This document shows, one piece after another, positions 50,420 to 59,284 of a DNA stretch of 64,000 nt. Source of the DNA: an uncultured Bacilli bacterium (GTDB lineage: Bacteria; Bacillota_I; Bacilli_A; RF39; UBA660); assembly GCA_934149465.1 (NCBI GenBank), contig CAKPEZ010000001.1:135178-199177 (forward strand), read 5' to 3'. Positions within the stretch are counted from its first letter, which is position 1. Each line of letters starts with the position of its first letter. The notes below the pieces were generated by a model, which ran no database searches, was not told the DNA's origin, and worked only from the letters and a program-made list of their open reading frames with translations. A program made the translations under genes and the position numbers.

Positions 50420-50962
50420 TTACCTACTTTCTGCTTTCATAGTTATTTTTCCTTTATAATTTGAAGATAATATTTGATCTTTATTCTCATTTGTTACTAA
50501 GCTTCCATCTAACCAAATTGAAACACTATAATTTTTACGATTATAATCTAAAGAGATATTTTCGGCAATCGGAATAGTCCCAGTACTAGTAATAGTTCCA
50601 CTATTTAAAAGAGTTAGATTATTTTCGATAACCTGATATTTTAAAGCTCCGCTTTGTAATAAAGTATTACTTACTGTTTCATCAGTAGTTAAGTATAAAG
50701 TTCCTATTCCTTTATCAATGGAACAATTAGATTTAAGACCAATAATTACATTAGCATATAATCCTCCTCGGTAATCTTCACTCATATAAAGTATTTCTCC
50801 ATTATTACCAATATCTTGTCCTTTAGTATAGTTTATTTCAAAGCATTGCATATCTCCACTAATAGTGCTTTTAAATGCCCAAGTATATATAGCATAAGTA
50901 GAACCTGATACTACTAATATAAGCAAGATTACTGATAAAATAGTTAGATAATTTTTCTTCAT
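50420..50962 (-). CDS. Secreted TasA/camelysin-like protein with a SipW-cognate-type signal
   Basis: 180 aa. Signal ...GSTYAIYTWAF; C-terminal YSVSIWLDG motif. Tandem with paralogs. Confidence 0.5.
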   Translation of the reverse strand: MKKNYLTILSVILLILVVSGSTYAIYTWAFKSTISGDMQCFEINYTKGQDIGNNGEILYMSEDYRGGLYANVIIGLKSNCSIDKGIGTLYLTTDETVSNTLLQSGALKYQVIENNLTLLNSGTITSTGTIPIAENISLDYNRKNYSVSIWLDGSLVTNENKDQILSSNYKGKITMKAESR

Positions 50963-50968
50963 TAGTTA

Positions 50969-51523
50969 TCACCCCTCTACTTGATTTACTTTAGCACTTA
51001 CACTTCCATAATAAGAGCTATAAGCATCAGAATTAGCAACTTTATTATAATCTACCCAAACATATACTTGATATTTAGTAGCACTACTAGAAGAAGAAGC
51101 TTTAGTTAAAGATCCTACATCAATAGTAATAGTTCCATCAGAAGTAATACTTCCCTTTAAATCAGTTACTTTCCCATCTTTTAATACTTGATAATTTAAT
51201 AATCCTTCTCTATATAAGTTAGAACTAGTTTTAGAAGAAGTTGTTAGATATATTTTTCCAGTAGCACTTACATTACATTTATTACTAATGCTCATAAGTA
51301 TTGTAGAAGATAATCCTCCAGTATAATCATTAGAAGGCATTAAAGTAGCTTTATTTTGATCACTTCCTATATCTTGCCCCTTAGTATATAGAATATCAAA
51401 ACATCTAGTAGTACCACTAATAGTACTCTCTCCTACTACTGAAGTAATCCAAGCATAAGTAATACCTACTAATAAAGATATACCAAGTAATATTCCTATA
51501 ATAATATAAATATTCTTTTTCAT
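50969..51523 (-). CDS. Secreted TasA/camelysin-like protein with a SipW-cognate-type signal
   Basis: 184 aa. Signal ...GITYAWITSVVGE; C-terminal YQVYVWVDY motif. First gene of a three-gene tandem. Confidence 0.5.
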   Translation of the reverse strand: MKKNIYIIIGILLGISLLVGITYAWITSVVGESTISGTTRCFDILYTKGQDIGSDQNKATLMPSNDYTGGLSSTILMSISNKCNVSATGKIYLTTSSKTSSNLYREGLLNYQVLKDGKVTDLKGSITSDGTITIDVGSLTKASSSSSATKYQVYVWVDYNKVANSDAYSSYYGSVSAKVNQVEG

Positions 51524-51567
51524 ATGACTTCCTTTCCTATTCTCCTATATAATTATAATAAAATTTT

Positions 51568-51640
51568 ATTAAAAAAGAAAGTACTTTTATATATTTTTAT
51601 TAAAAAAGAAAGTACTTTTATATATTTTTATTAAAAAAAT
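51568..51640. repeat. Perfect 31-bp tandem duplication (2.35 copies) in the promoter region
   Basis: attaaaaaagaaagtacttttatatattttt occurs at 51568-51598 and 51599-51629, followed by a partial third copy. Lies 45-115 nt upstream of the 50969..51523 start. Confidence 0.8.
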
Positions 51641-51659
51641 CACTCAAAAACCCGAGTGA
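51630..51659 (-). terminator. Rho-independent terminator after the HipA-like gene
   Basis: 6-bp stem tcactc/gagtga with an 8-nt loop and a T-run on the minus strand. Confidence 0.45.
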
Positions 51660-51670
51660 TATTATATATA

Positions 51671-52858
51671 TTATTTTTCTATTATATCTTTTAATTTATT
51701 AACTTGTCTATTCAAAATAACACATAGTCTATTTATTCTAGTATCAGAAAATTTTGTTAAATATTGATATTTATGTAATAAGTTATCAAACCATTCAGTA
51801 ATTCCATCTAATTTTTGAATATCAATTCTTTTAATATTCTTTACTATTTTGATTATATCATCAAAAGGCATAACTTCATAAAACAAACGTCCTTCACCAG
51901 AAATATGTAGTTCTTCTTCATCATAATACTCTATGTTAAGACTTTGCCCATTATCAAATATAGGCGCTATACTAAGCCACTTCAAAGTATTTACATCTCT
52001 TATAATTCCGAAGTTATTCAAATGTCTATCTTCATTCATTATTAAATAATCTAATATAAACATATTTTCTAGCTGAATTCTAGCATCACTAATACCTTTA
52101 TTTTCTAGTATTTCTATATATTCTTCATAGTCTTTAATATTACCATATCTATTCATATTATTTTCTATTTGATAACAAGTAATAAGCTCTGTATCTTTAT
52201 TTATAAAACAAGGACATTTTGATAAGACCATATCTTTATAAATAGTTAGAGTATATTCTACATGATTAAAACCAAGTCTATTACATATTTCACTTGCTAA
52301 AGCCTCATTAAAAGGTTGCAATAATTCATTTCTATATCCGCCTTTTAATAAATATCTAGTTTCATTTTCTATAATCCAAGCTTTCTTTAGCATTCCACCA
52401 GTAGTATTATTAGGCGTCTTTAATGCTTCTTTTGTTACTATAGTATTACTATTTTTAGAAAGAGAAGCTTCTAAAAATTCACTATAATCAAAATCATTAT
52501 CAAAAAAGTTAATATTATCATAAATAATATCTATATCATATGGTTTTATCCAATATTGATCTGATAATGATAATCCAAACGCTTTATCTAATAATTCACT
52601 AGGAGCACTTATATCTAATCTATGTAAAAGGAAATCTAATTTATCACGCCATGCTGGAATACCACGTCCTTTAAACCATTCAGATAAATTAGTTCTAAAA
52701 GAAGTATCATTAATATTATCTTTATTATAAATTTTTTCTAAAATATATGGCGCATAATTAATATTATAAACTTCATATATATAAGTAAATACCCCTGTTC
52801 CAGAATCATACTCAGCAGATAATACTTTAGTATTTTTATTCATAAGAATACATTTCAC
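51671..52858 (-). CDS. HipA-like Ser/Thr kinase domain protein
   Basis: 395 aa. DYLIMNEDRHLNNFGII matches the HipA_C catalytic motif (D-x-H-x-x-N-F). GTG start. No hipB-like HTH gene adjacent. Confidence 0.55.
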   Translation of the reverse strand: MKCILMNKNTKVLSAEYDSGTGVFTYIYEVYNINYAPYILEKIYNKDNINDTSFRTNLSEWFKGRGIPAWRDKLDFLLHRLDISAPSELLDKAFGLSLSDQYWIKPYDIDIIYDNINFFDNDFDYSEFLEASLSKNSNTIVTKEALKTPNNTTGGMLKKAWIIENETRYLLKGGYRNELLQPFNEALASEICNRLGFNHVEYTLTIYKDMVLSKCPCFINKDTELITCYQIENNMNRYGNIKDYEEYIEILENKGISDARIQLENMFILDYLIMNEDRHLNNFGIIRDVNTLKWLSIAPIFDNGQSLNIEYYDEEELHISGEGRLFYEVMPFDDIIKIVKNIKRIDIQKLDGITEWFDNLLHKYQYLTKFSDTRINRLCVILNRQVNKLKDIIEK

Positions 52859-52943
52859 TTAGGAATCATCTCCTTTGTTATATATTGTACCATGGATACT
52901 TTAAGATGTAAATTGATGAAAAAAAACTCAATAAAGTTATATA

Positions 52944-53000
52944 AAAACCGAGGGAAAAACTAAATACATATTCACATATGTTTAGTAATTCCTCGGTTTT
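52944..53000 (-). terminator. Long hairpin terminator after the AbiL-like operon
   Basis: Perfect 10-bp outer stem aaaaccgagg/cctcggtttt enclosing an imperfect inner palindrome. T-run on the minus strand. Confidence 0.5.
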
Positions 53001-53040
53001 ATAGTATTAATTACAGTCTAAACTCTTTATTTACAGTTTA

Positions 53041-53580
53041 CTATTTCAATATATCTGCTAAGTACAATTCATCTTTGTCATGATTACGTTTATATGTTTT
53101 ATATTTTTTAATATTATCAATTAGATTTTTAACATTAACTCCACCATAATATGCTGCTAAAAATTCTGATGATTGATCATATTTCTTACCATTATATCTA
53201 ATATTTTTCTTTGCAAATGTCTTTGGTGATTGAGAACTTTTTACTTTTTCATATTCTTTTTCTAAGCCCTCATTTAATATTAAAAGCATTTCTAATTCTG
53301 GTTTTGTACAATACTTATATATTTCCTTATTTGATACAATATCTTTCAAATCTTTAGGAATAGATAGTTTATCATTTTGTTTATCGCCTACTCTGTAAAC
53401 TTTTACTAGTAAGCCATAGTGCTTTAATTCAGATTTAATTGTTGGATTACTTAATTGCCTAATTGGATATGGCCTACGGCCGATCAAATCATCTCTAGAA
53501 AAACAAAGAGCATCAGCATCTAATAAATAATTTAATAATACTTCTTCGTTTTGTCCTTCACACATTAATAATATTCTCAC
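53041..53580 (-). CDS. Toprim-like RloB/DUF4276-type protein (AbiLii-like)
   Basis: 179 aa. N-terminal MRILLMCEGQNEE matches the iliv-EG-x-E signature of RloB/DUF4276 Toprim-like proteins. Directly follows the ATPase gene. Confidence 0.5.
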   Translation of the reverse strand: MRILLMCEGQNEEVLLNYLLDADALCFSRDDLIGRRPYPIRQLSNPTIKSELKHYGLLVKVYRVGDKQNDKLSIPKDLKDIVSNKEIYKYCTKPELEMLLILNEGLEKEYEKVKSSQSPKTFAKKNIRYNGKKYDQSSEFLAAYYGGVNVKNLIDNIKKYKTYKRNHDKDELYLADILK

Positions 53581-54717
53581 TTACATTAATTCCTTTTTAA
53601 AATTCATTAATGCATCATAACTTACATTTGTCCTAAATTCATTACTATAAAATTTGTTACTCTTAGACAATTCTGATCTGAATTTATAATTTGTATGCAT
53701 ATTTTCTAATTTTATTGCATCATCATATTTACTTATATATATGTTATCGCTTCTACTAAATAGATCAAGTATTTCGCAATAATGAGTAGTAAATATTAAA
53801 GTTGCATTCTTTTTATTTACTGATTTATCTTTATAAAGATTAACTAAATTTTCAACTAAGGTTTTATGGAAGTGGTTTTCTATTTCATCAATTATTAAAT
53901 CTGATCCTGTTCTTAATGAATATACTACAAATGTAAATAATCCAAATCCCTTTGTTGTCCCACTTGATAATATTTCATATAATTCAGAATTTGATACTTC
54001 TTTAGTAGTTCCATTTGTATAGATAATCCTATACTTATTTTCATTTATCATCTCTATATTATCTAAATGTTCATCAAACATTTTCAATAATGAGGTAATA
54101 ACTTTTAAATTATTATCTAAAAGTTTATATACATTGAACGCTTGAGCATAATCTCTATAAATATAATCATCACTTGAACAATATATTCCTCTTAATGATA
54201 TATCTTTCAATAACGAATATATCATCGAAGTATCTTCTGGTAGTTTTACTTCTTCTTTTACTTCTTCAAATTTCTCATAATTAAATAATTCTCTTATATG
54301 TGCTTTCTTATATTCTCTCTTGTATAATTTTTCATTTTTAAAGAAAACAGAAGTATTATCAACTGAATTTACATTTTTATATAGATCTGTTAAATATCTA
54401 TAAATTACTCCTTCATGATAAAAGGTAATATCTAACTTCAACGTTTTATCAATAAACTTGAAAATATTCTTTGAAGTGTTAATTCTATAATTAGAGAAAA
54501 TATCATATATTATTGATAATAATTCTACTACTGTAGTTTTACCAGATGCATTCTTACCTATTATACCTATTGTACTAAACACATATAAATCATCTGCTAT
54601 TTCCTGTAATTCAAATTCTTTATCAACTATAGTTTTATTTCCAGTTGGTACAAAAGATATTGTAAAATTTTTTTCACACAACTTAAAATTATTGGCAACA
54701 ACTCTTAATAGTTTCAT
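53581..54717 (-). CDS. AAA_21/ABC-type ATPase (AbiLi/RloA-like)
   Basis: 378 aa. Walker A GKNASGKTT, Walker B LIIDEIENHFH, TTH motif. Strong SD and an extended -10 (TGATATAAT) upstream. Confidence 0.6.
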   Translation of the reverse strand: MKLLRVVANNFKLCEKNFTISFVPTGNKTIVDKEFELQEIADDLYVFSTIGIIGKNASGKTTVVELLSIIYDIFSNYRINTSKNIFKFIDKTLKLDITFYHEGVIYRYLTDLYKNVNSVDNTSVFFKNEKLYKREYKKAHIRELFNYEKFEEVKEEVKLPEDTSMIYSLLKDISLRGIYCSSDDYIYRDYAQAFNVYKLLDNNLKVITSLLKMFDEHLDNIEMINENKYRIIYTNGTTKEVSNSELYEILSSGTTKGFGLFTFVVYSLRTGSDLIIDEIENHFHKTLVENLVNLYKDKSVNKKNATLIFTTHYCEILDLFSRSDNIYISKYDDAIKLENMHTNYKFRSELSKSNKFYSNEFRTNVSYDALMNFKKELM

Positions 54718-54903
54718 TTTTTATCCTCCTTATTCTAAACTTATTATATCATATATTTTTACAAAAAAACATTTTTTTTGGTTTTTTTGTAATTTCAACA
54801 TATATAATACCTTATTTTTTTCAAAAAATCAAGTATTTCTTTAATATTATATGCAAGATCGTATGCATGATACATTTTAGACTTCATAGATAACTTTATA
54901 CCC

Positions 54904-54936
54904 TAATAAAAAATGCGATTCTACTCTTGAATCGCA
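54904..54936 (-). terminator. Rho-independent terminator after the yihY-like gene
   Basis: 8-bp stem tgcgattc/gaatcgca with a 7-nt loop and a T6 run on the minus strand. Confidence 0.55.
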
Positions 54937-55085
54937 TAAGCTTAAGTTAAGCCCCAAATAAAAGGAGATTAATAGTATTACTTTAATTTTTGATTATCGT
55001 TAGTTCATCAAAAACTAGATTGATAACACTGTAATCTGTGATATCATGTAGAATACATCTTAACGTAATACTATTTTGATGTATT

Positions 55086-55922
55086 CTAATTCTTAGTATG
55101 ATCTTTTTTTAATAAATTATGATATCTATTTGCATTAATTGCCATTCCAAGTACAAATACATACGCAAGTAAATACATCCACATCATTAGAATAATAATA
55201 CTAGACAAATTACCATATAAAATATCATATCTTGCAAAATATTTTAAATAATACGTAAATATACTAGTTACAATAATCCATAAAATAGTAGTAAAAAAAG
55301 CTCCTATTGAGGTATTTTCACTTTTTATCTTTTCGCTAGGTGAAATAGTATAAATAAGTTTAATATTAAAATATACTATTAAGAAAGATAATGGCCATTT
55401 TACTAAGTTAAATACAAATATTACTTCATTCATAATATAAGATAAAAAGTTATTACTTTTCATAAATTCTAATATTTGATTACCAAAGATTGGTACTAAT
55501 AAAAGAAAAACAAATAACGCTACTATTATTAATAAGAGAATAAATGATTTTATTCTTTTATTAATTTCATTAGATTTTTTTACATCATATAAAACATCAG
55601 ATACACTTGTAATAGCATACATTCCATTAGCAGCAATTACAAGAGCAACTAAGTTAAAAAATCCAACGCTACCATCAAATCCTTTACCAGAGATAAAACT
55701 AGTTAAGATATTACTAACATCACTAGGAGTAAATCTTTCTATTAAGCTAATCAAAGAATCTACTGATATATTAAATATTGATAATATTAGTAAGATAATC
55801 GTAATAAGAGGAATCAAAGATAAAACAAAAAAGAAAGCCAGATTACCTGGTAAAGTACTCATATATGGCTTTCTTATTAATTCATAAATATCTAAAACAT
55901 ACCCTTTTATTCTTTTTAACAT
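55086..55922 (-). CDS. YihY/BrkB-family membrane protein
   Basis: 278 aa, 6 TMs. N-terminal LPGNLAFFFVLSLIPL is characteristic. Confidence 0.7.
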   Translation of the reverse strand: MLKRIKGYVLDIYELIRKPYMSTLPGNLAFFFVLSLIPLITIILLILSIFNISVDSLISLIERFTPSDVSNILTSFISGKGFDGSVGFFNLVALVIAANGMYAITSVSDVLYDVKKSNEINKRIKSFILLLIIVALFVFLLLVPIFGNQILEFMKSNNFLSYIMNEVIFVFNLVKWPLSFLIVYFNIKLIYTISPSEKIKSENTSIGAFFTTILWIIVTSIFTYYLKYFARYDILYGNLSSIIILMMWMYLLAYVFVLGMAINANRYHNLLKKDHTKN

Positions 55923-55932
55923 GTATTTTCAC

Positions 55933-57981
55933 CTATTCTTCATGTTGCTTTTCTTTTAAAGATCTCATCTCTAAAGCAGCTTCATTAATTGCATCATCAA
56001 TAGTCTTTATATCATCATAAATCATACTATACCCAATAGCAGATCCAAATCCATGAGGTAAATCCTTTAATTCTTTATATATCTTTCTAGTATATGCTAC
56101 TACTTGTTTCTCATCATATCCAACCATATATATAAGAAATTCATTACCATCTGTTCTAATAATATCACTATTTTCAAGCTGATTTACTATTAATATAGAA
56201 GCAGCTCTCTTAATAACTTCATCTCCTTCTTCATGTCCAAAGTTATCATTTATATATTTAATATTATTTAAATCTATTAAAATAATAGTTTGTGGATAAA
56301 TAACATTATCATCCCACTTACTAATATTATAATTTAAGTAATTTCTATTTTTTAAAGAAGTAAGCATATCAATAAACTTCATCTTTTCTTCTTTCTTAAT
56401 ACTCTTTTCTTGTCTTTTCTTCTTAGATAAAATAACACTTCCAAATACTAAGACAAATAATACTACTAAAACAATAAAAATATACTTAAGTGCTCTATAT
56501 AAACCACCAGGAGTATTAATATTAAAATCATTATTATAATTATACTTAATTGAATTATAATTTACAGTAGAAACATAATAAGAAAATAACTTACTAAATG
56601 TATTATTTTGATTAACATCTCTAATTACAAAAGTATAATCTTTATCTATAGAACCAGTATAAAGCAAATGATAATCTCCAAGCTTTTTAGCTAAGTAATA
56701 ATCATAATTACCCTTATCTATTACGATAATCTTATCATGACTTATACTTCTAAGAAGCTCTTCTATATTATTATAATCAATAGTATTTACATTATTCTCT
56801 TTCAAATAATCATATAACAAAGTATTTTTTACCGTTAAAACAGTCTTTCCTTTTAATGACTTAACTGAATTAACAAGAATATCTTCATTGCCTAAAACAA
56901 CATATTCTTCCTTCATAACAGGAAGTGTATAATTAAGATCAACTTTCAAATTATCTAAGTTAAAATAACCAAATGCTACATCAACTTCTCCATTTGATAA
57001 ATCTTTCTTTAAAGATTCTACTGAATCATACTTAGCAAAAGAAAAATCAACATCAACTAAAGAAGAAAACTCTTTTAAATAATTAGACAAACTACCTATA
57101 TAAACACTACTAGATACATTCTCATAAGGCATATTAGAAACAAGTCCATATACATAAGTATGACTATTATAAGAAGCTTGTTCTTGCTCAGATATTTTAT
57201 TTAAACTAAAGAATAACTTAGTAAAATTAGTCTTATAACTATCATAATAATATTCTTTCATAAAATATTTATAATATTTATTTAAAATACCATATAAAGA
57301 TTTATCATTAACAGTTAAAACGTATTTCTTCTTCATATCACTAATATGATAAACAATATTAACATTATCTTTTCCTAAGATATTATTTAAATATAAATTC
57401 TTAGGAACAGCAAAATAATCAATTCCATTTAATTCATAAGCTTCAAGCATACTATCTAAATCATTATATGGAAGATAAGCTACACTAGTAGATCCATATA
57501 AATAAGTACTAACACTTTCCATATCGTTAGATAATACTCCAATAGTAATTCCATTAATACTTTCATTACTATCAAAGATCATATTCTTCTTACCAATAAT
57601 AACATACTCATCTTCATACATTAAGATATCATTATTACCAAGTTCATCATCATAATTTAAAACCTTAAAGCCAACATCTTTATATTCAGGATTAGTCCCA
57701 ATAAAATAAGATATCTTATTAAACTTAATCCCATAATCTTTAGTAAAATCATCAAGAAAAGCAAACGCTATTCCTTCACCATTACTTCCATATATAGGAA
57801 CATCATTATATATAGATACATCAATAACTTTATCTACATTACTCTTAATATAATTCTTTTCTAATATAGAATAAGAAGTATCATCTTTACTATAATTTAA
57901 AATAAAAATTAAAACAGACACTAACAAAACAACCCCAATAAAACTTAATACTATAATTTTATTAGCCTTTTTATTTTTCAT
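55933..57981 (-). CDS. Membrane sensor protein with a degenerate GGDEF domain
   Basis: 682 aa. TM, a ~470-aa extracytoplasmic domain, a second TM, then a C-terminal GGDEF-fold (DNFGHEEGDEVIKR...RTDGNEFLI) with DGNEF replacing GG(D/E)EF. Confidence 0.65.
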   Translation of the reverse strand: MKNKKANKIIVLSFIGVVLLVSVLIFILNYSKDDTSYSILEKNYIKSNVDKVIDVSIYNDVPIYGSNGEGIAFAFLDDFTKDYGIKFNKISYFIGTNPEYKDVGFKVLNYDDELGNNDILMYEDEYVIIGKKNMIFDSNESINGITIGVLSNDMESVSTYLYGSTSVAYLPYNDLDSMLEAYELNGIDYFAVPKNLYLNNILGKDNVNIVYHISDMKKKYVLTVNDKSLYGILNKYYKYFMKEYYYDSYKTNFTKLFFSLNKISEQEQASYNSHTYVYGLVSNMPYENVSSSVYIGSLSNYLKEFSSLVDVDFSFAKYDSVESLKKDLSNGEVDVAFGYFNLDNLKVDLNYTLPVMKEEYVVLGNEDILVNSVKSLKGKTVLTVKNTLLYDYLKENNVNTIDYNNIEELLRSISHDKIIVIDKGNYDYYLAKKLGDYHLLYTGSIDKDYTFVIRDVNQNNTFSKLFSYYVSTVNYNSIKYNYNNDFNINTPGGLYRALKYIFIVLVVLFVLVFGSVILSKKKRQEKSIKKEEKMKFIDMLTSLKNRNYLNYNISKWDDNVIYPQTIILIDLNNIKYINDNFGHEEGDEVIKRAASILIVNQLENSDIIRTDGNEFLIYMVGYDEKQVVAYTRKIYKELKDLPHGFGSAIGYSMIYDDIKTIDDAINEAALEMRSLKEKQHEE

Positions 57982-57993
57982 ATATAATTCCTC

Positions 57994-58467
57994 CTACTCC
58001 TTAATCCAAGAAACTACATCACTCTTAGCACTTTTACTTCCCATAATAGGAAACTTACTATCTTCACTCTCATTAGCACTTTCTGTTAAATAAAACTGAA
58101 CATCATAATATCCTAGTTCATCACTACTAAACTTTTCTAATGCTTTTAAAGAAAGAGCTTTAGCATCATTAACACTTACACCATCATTAACATCAATAAT
58201 AATATTAATAATTCTTCCTTTAATATCAATAGATACTGAGTTTACAATATCATTTTCTTTTAAAGTATTAATAACATCACTTTGTTTATCATCATTAATA
58301 GGATAATTCTCTATACCATCAAGTCTATCCCCATAATTATCTTTCCCCGTAGTAAAGAATAAATCTTTTACTGCAAAAAACATAATTATCAAAAGTATTA
58401 ATAAAGAAAAACCAATTAATAAGATATATTTATTTCTTTTAATAAAATCTTTCATAAATTCCTCCAT
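57994..58467 (-). CDS. Hypothetical membrane-anchored protein in the pil operon
   Basis: 157 aa with an N-terminal TM. No prepilin motif. Confidence 0.3.
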   Translation of the reverse strand: MEEFMKDFIKRNKYILLIGFSLLILLIIMFFAVKDLFFTTGKDNYGDRLDGIENYPINDDKQSDVINTLKENDIVNSVSIDIKGRIINIIIDVNDGVSVNDAKALSLKALEKFSSDELGYYDVQFYLTESANESEDSKFPIMGSKSAKSDVVSWIKE

Positions 58468-58510
58468 CTACTTAATTATACAATAAATAACCTAAATTAT
58501 CAAACTTAAA

Positions 58511-59272
58511 TTACGCTATTAAGGATAACAAATTCTCAAAGCTAAATCCACTTATATATAAAATAAGAGCAGCTATACTAAGAAAAGGCCCAAAAGGTAT
58601 CATATGATCTTTTCTACTAAGAAGCACATATATTGAAAAAGGAAATGCAATAAAAGTTGCTAAAAATATACTCATAACAGCTTCACTAAATCCTAAGACC
58701 ATTCCAAATAACAGCATTAATTTAATATCTCCCCCACCTAAAGATTCTTTCTTAAAAAAATAATCTCCAACTATTTTCAAGAAAAGCATAAGTAAAAATG
58801 AAAATAATCCAGAAAATAATACTGTAAAAGCAGTATCAAATCCTTTAAAAATAATATTAGTAATAAGTATTAAAATCATTGCTAAAAAAATAACTTCATC
58901 TAAAATAATCATATACTCAATATCACTTACAATTACAATAATTAAACTAGATACAAAGATAAGTGATATTATTAAATCAGGGGTAAACTTAAAAACATGA
59001 TAACATACAGCAAATAAAACCCCTGTAACAAGTTCAATTAAAAAACTACTAAAAGGTATTTTTTCTTTACAATAATGGCATCTTCCTTTCATAAAAAGAT
59101 AAGAAAAAAGAGGAATTAAATCATACCATCTAAGCTTACTATGACAATAATCACAATGAGAAGAAGGATAAATTATTGATTCCCCCTTAGGAAGACGTGT
59201 TGCAACTACTCCATAAAAAGATCCCATTACAATTCCAAAGATAAAAAACACTATCAAAAAATATATTTCCAT
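58511..59272 (-). CDS. pilD: Prepilin peptidase (A24 family)
   Basis: 253 aa. N-terminal Zn-binding CDYC...CHYC and the GGGD catalytic-region motif. Confidence 0.85.
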   Translation of the reverse strand: MEIYFLIVFFIFGIVMGSFYGVVATRLPKGESIIYPSSHCDYCHSKLRWYDLIPLFSYLFMKGRCHYCKEKIPFSSFLIELVTGVLFAVCYHVFKFTPDLIISLIFVSSLIIVIVSDIEYMIILDEVIFLAMILILITNIIFKGFDTAFTVLFSGLFSFLLMLFLKIVGDYFFKKESLGGGDIKLMLLFGMVLGFSEAVMSIFLATFIAFPFSIYVLLSRKDHMIPFGPFLSIAALILYISGFSFENLLSLIA

Positions 59273-59284
59273 AAATCCCTCTTC

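Noticed and set aside
51568-51640. Possible CRISPR array
   Set aside because: Only 2.3 directly abutting copies with no spacers. No cas genes in the window.
55933-57981. Active diguanylate cyclase call
   Set aside because: The signature is DGNEF rather than GG(D/E)EF, so catalytic activity cannot be assumed. Annotated as a degenerate GGDEF sensor.
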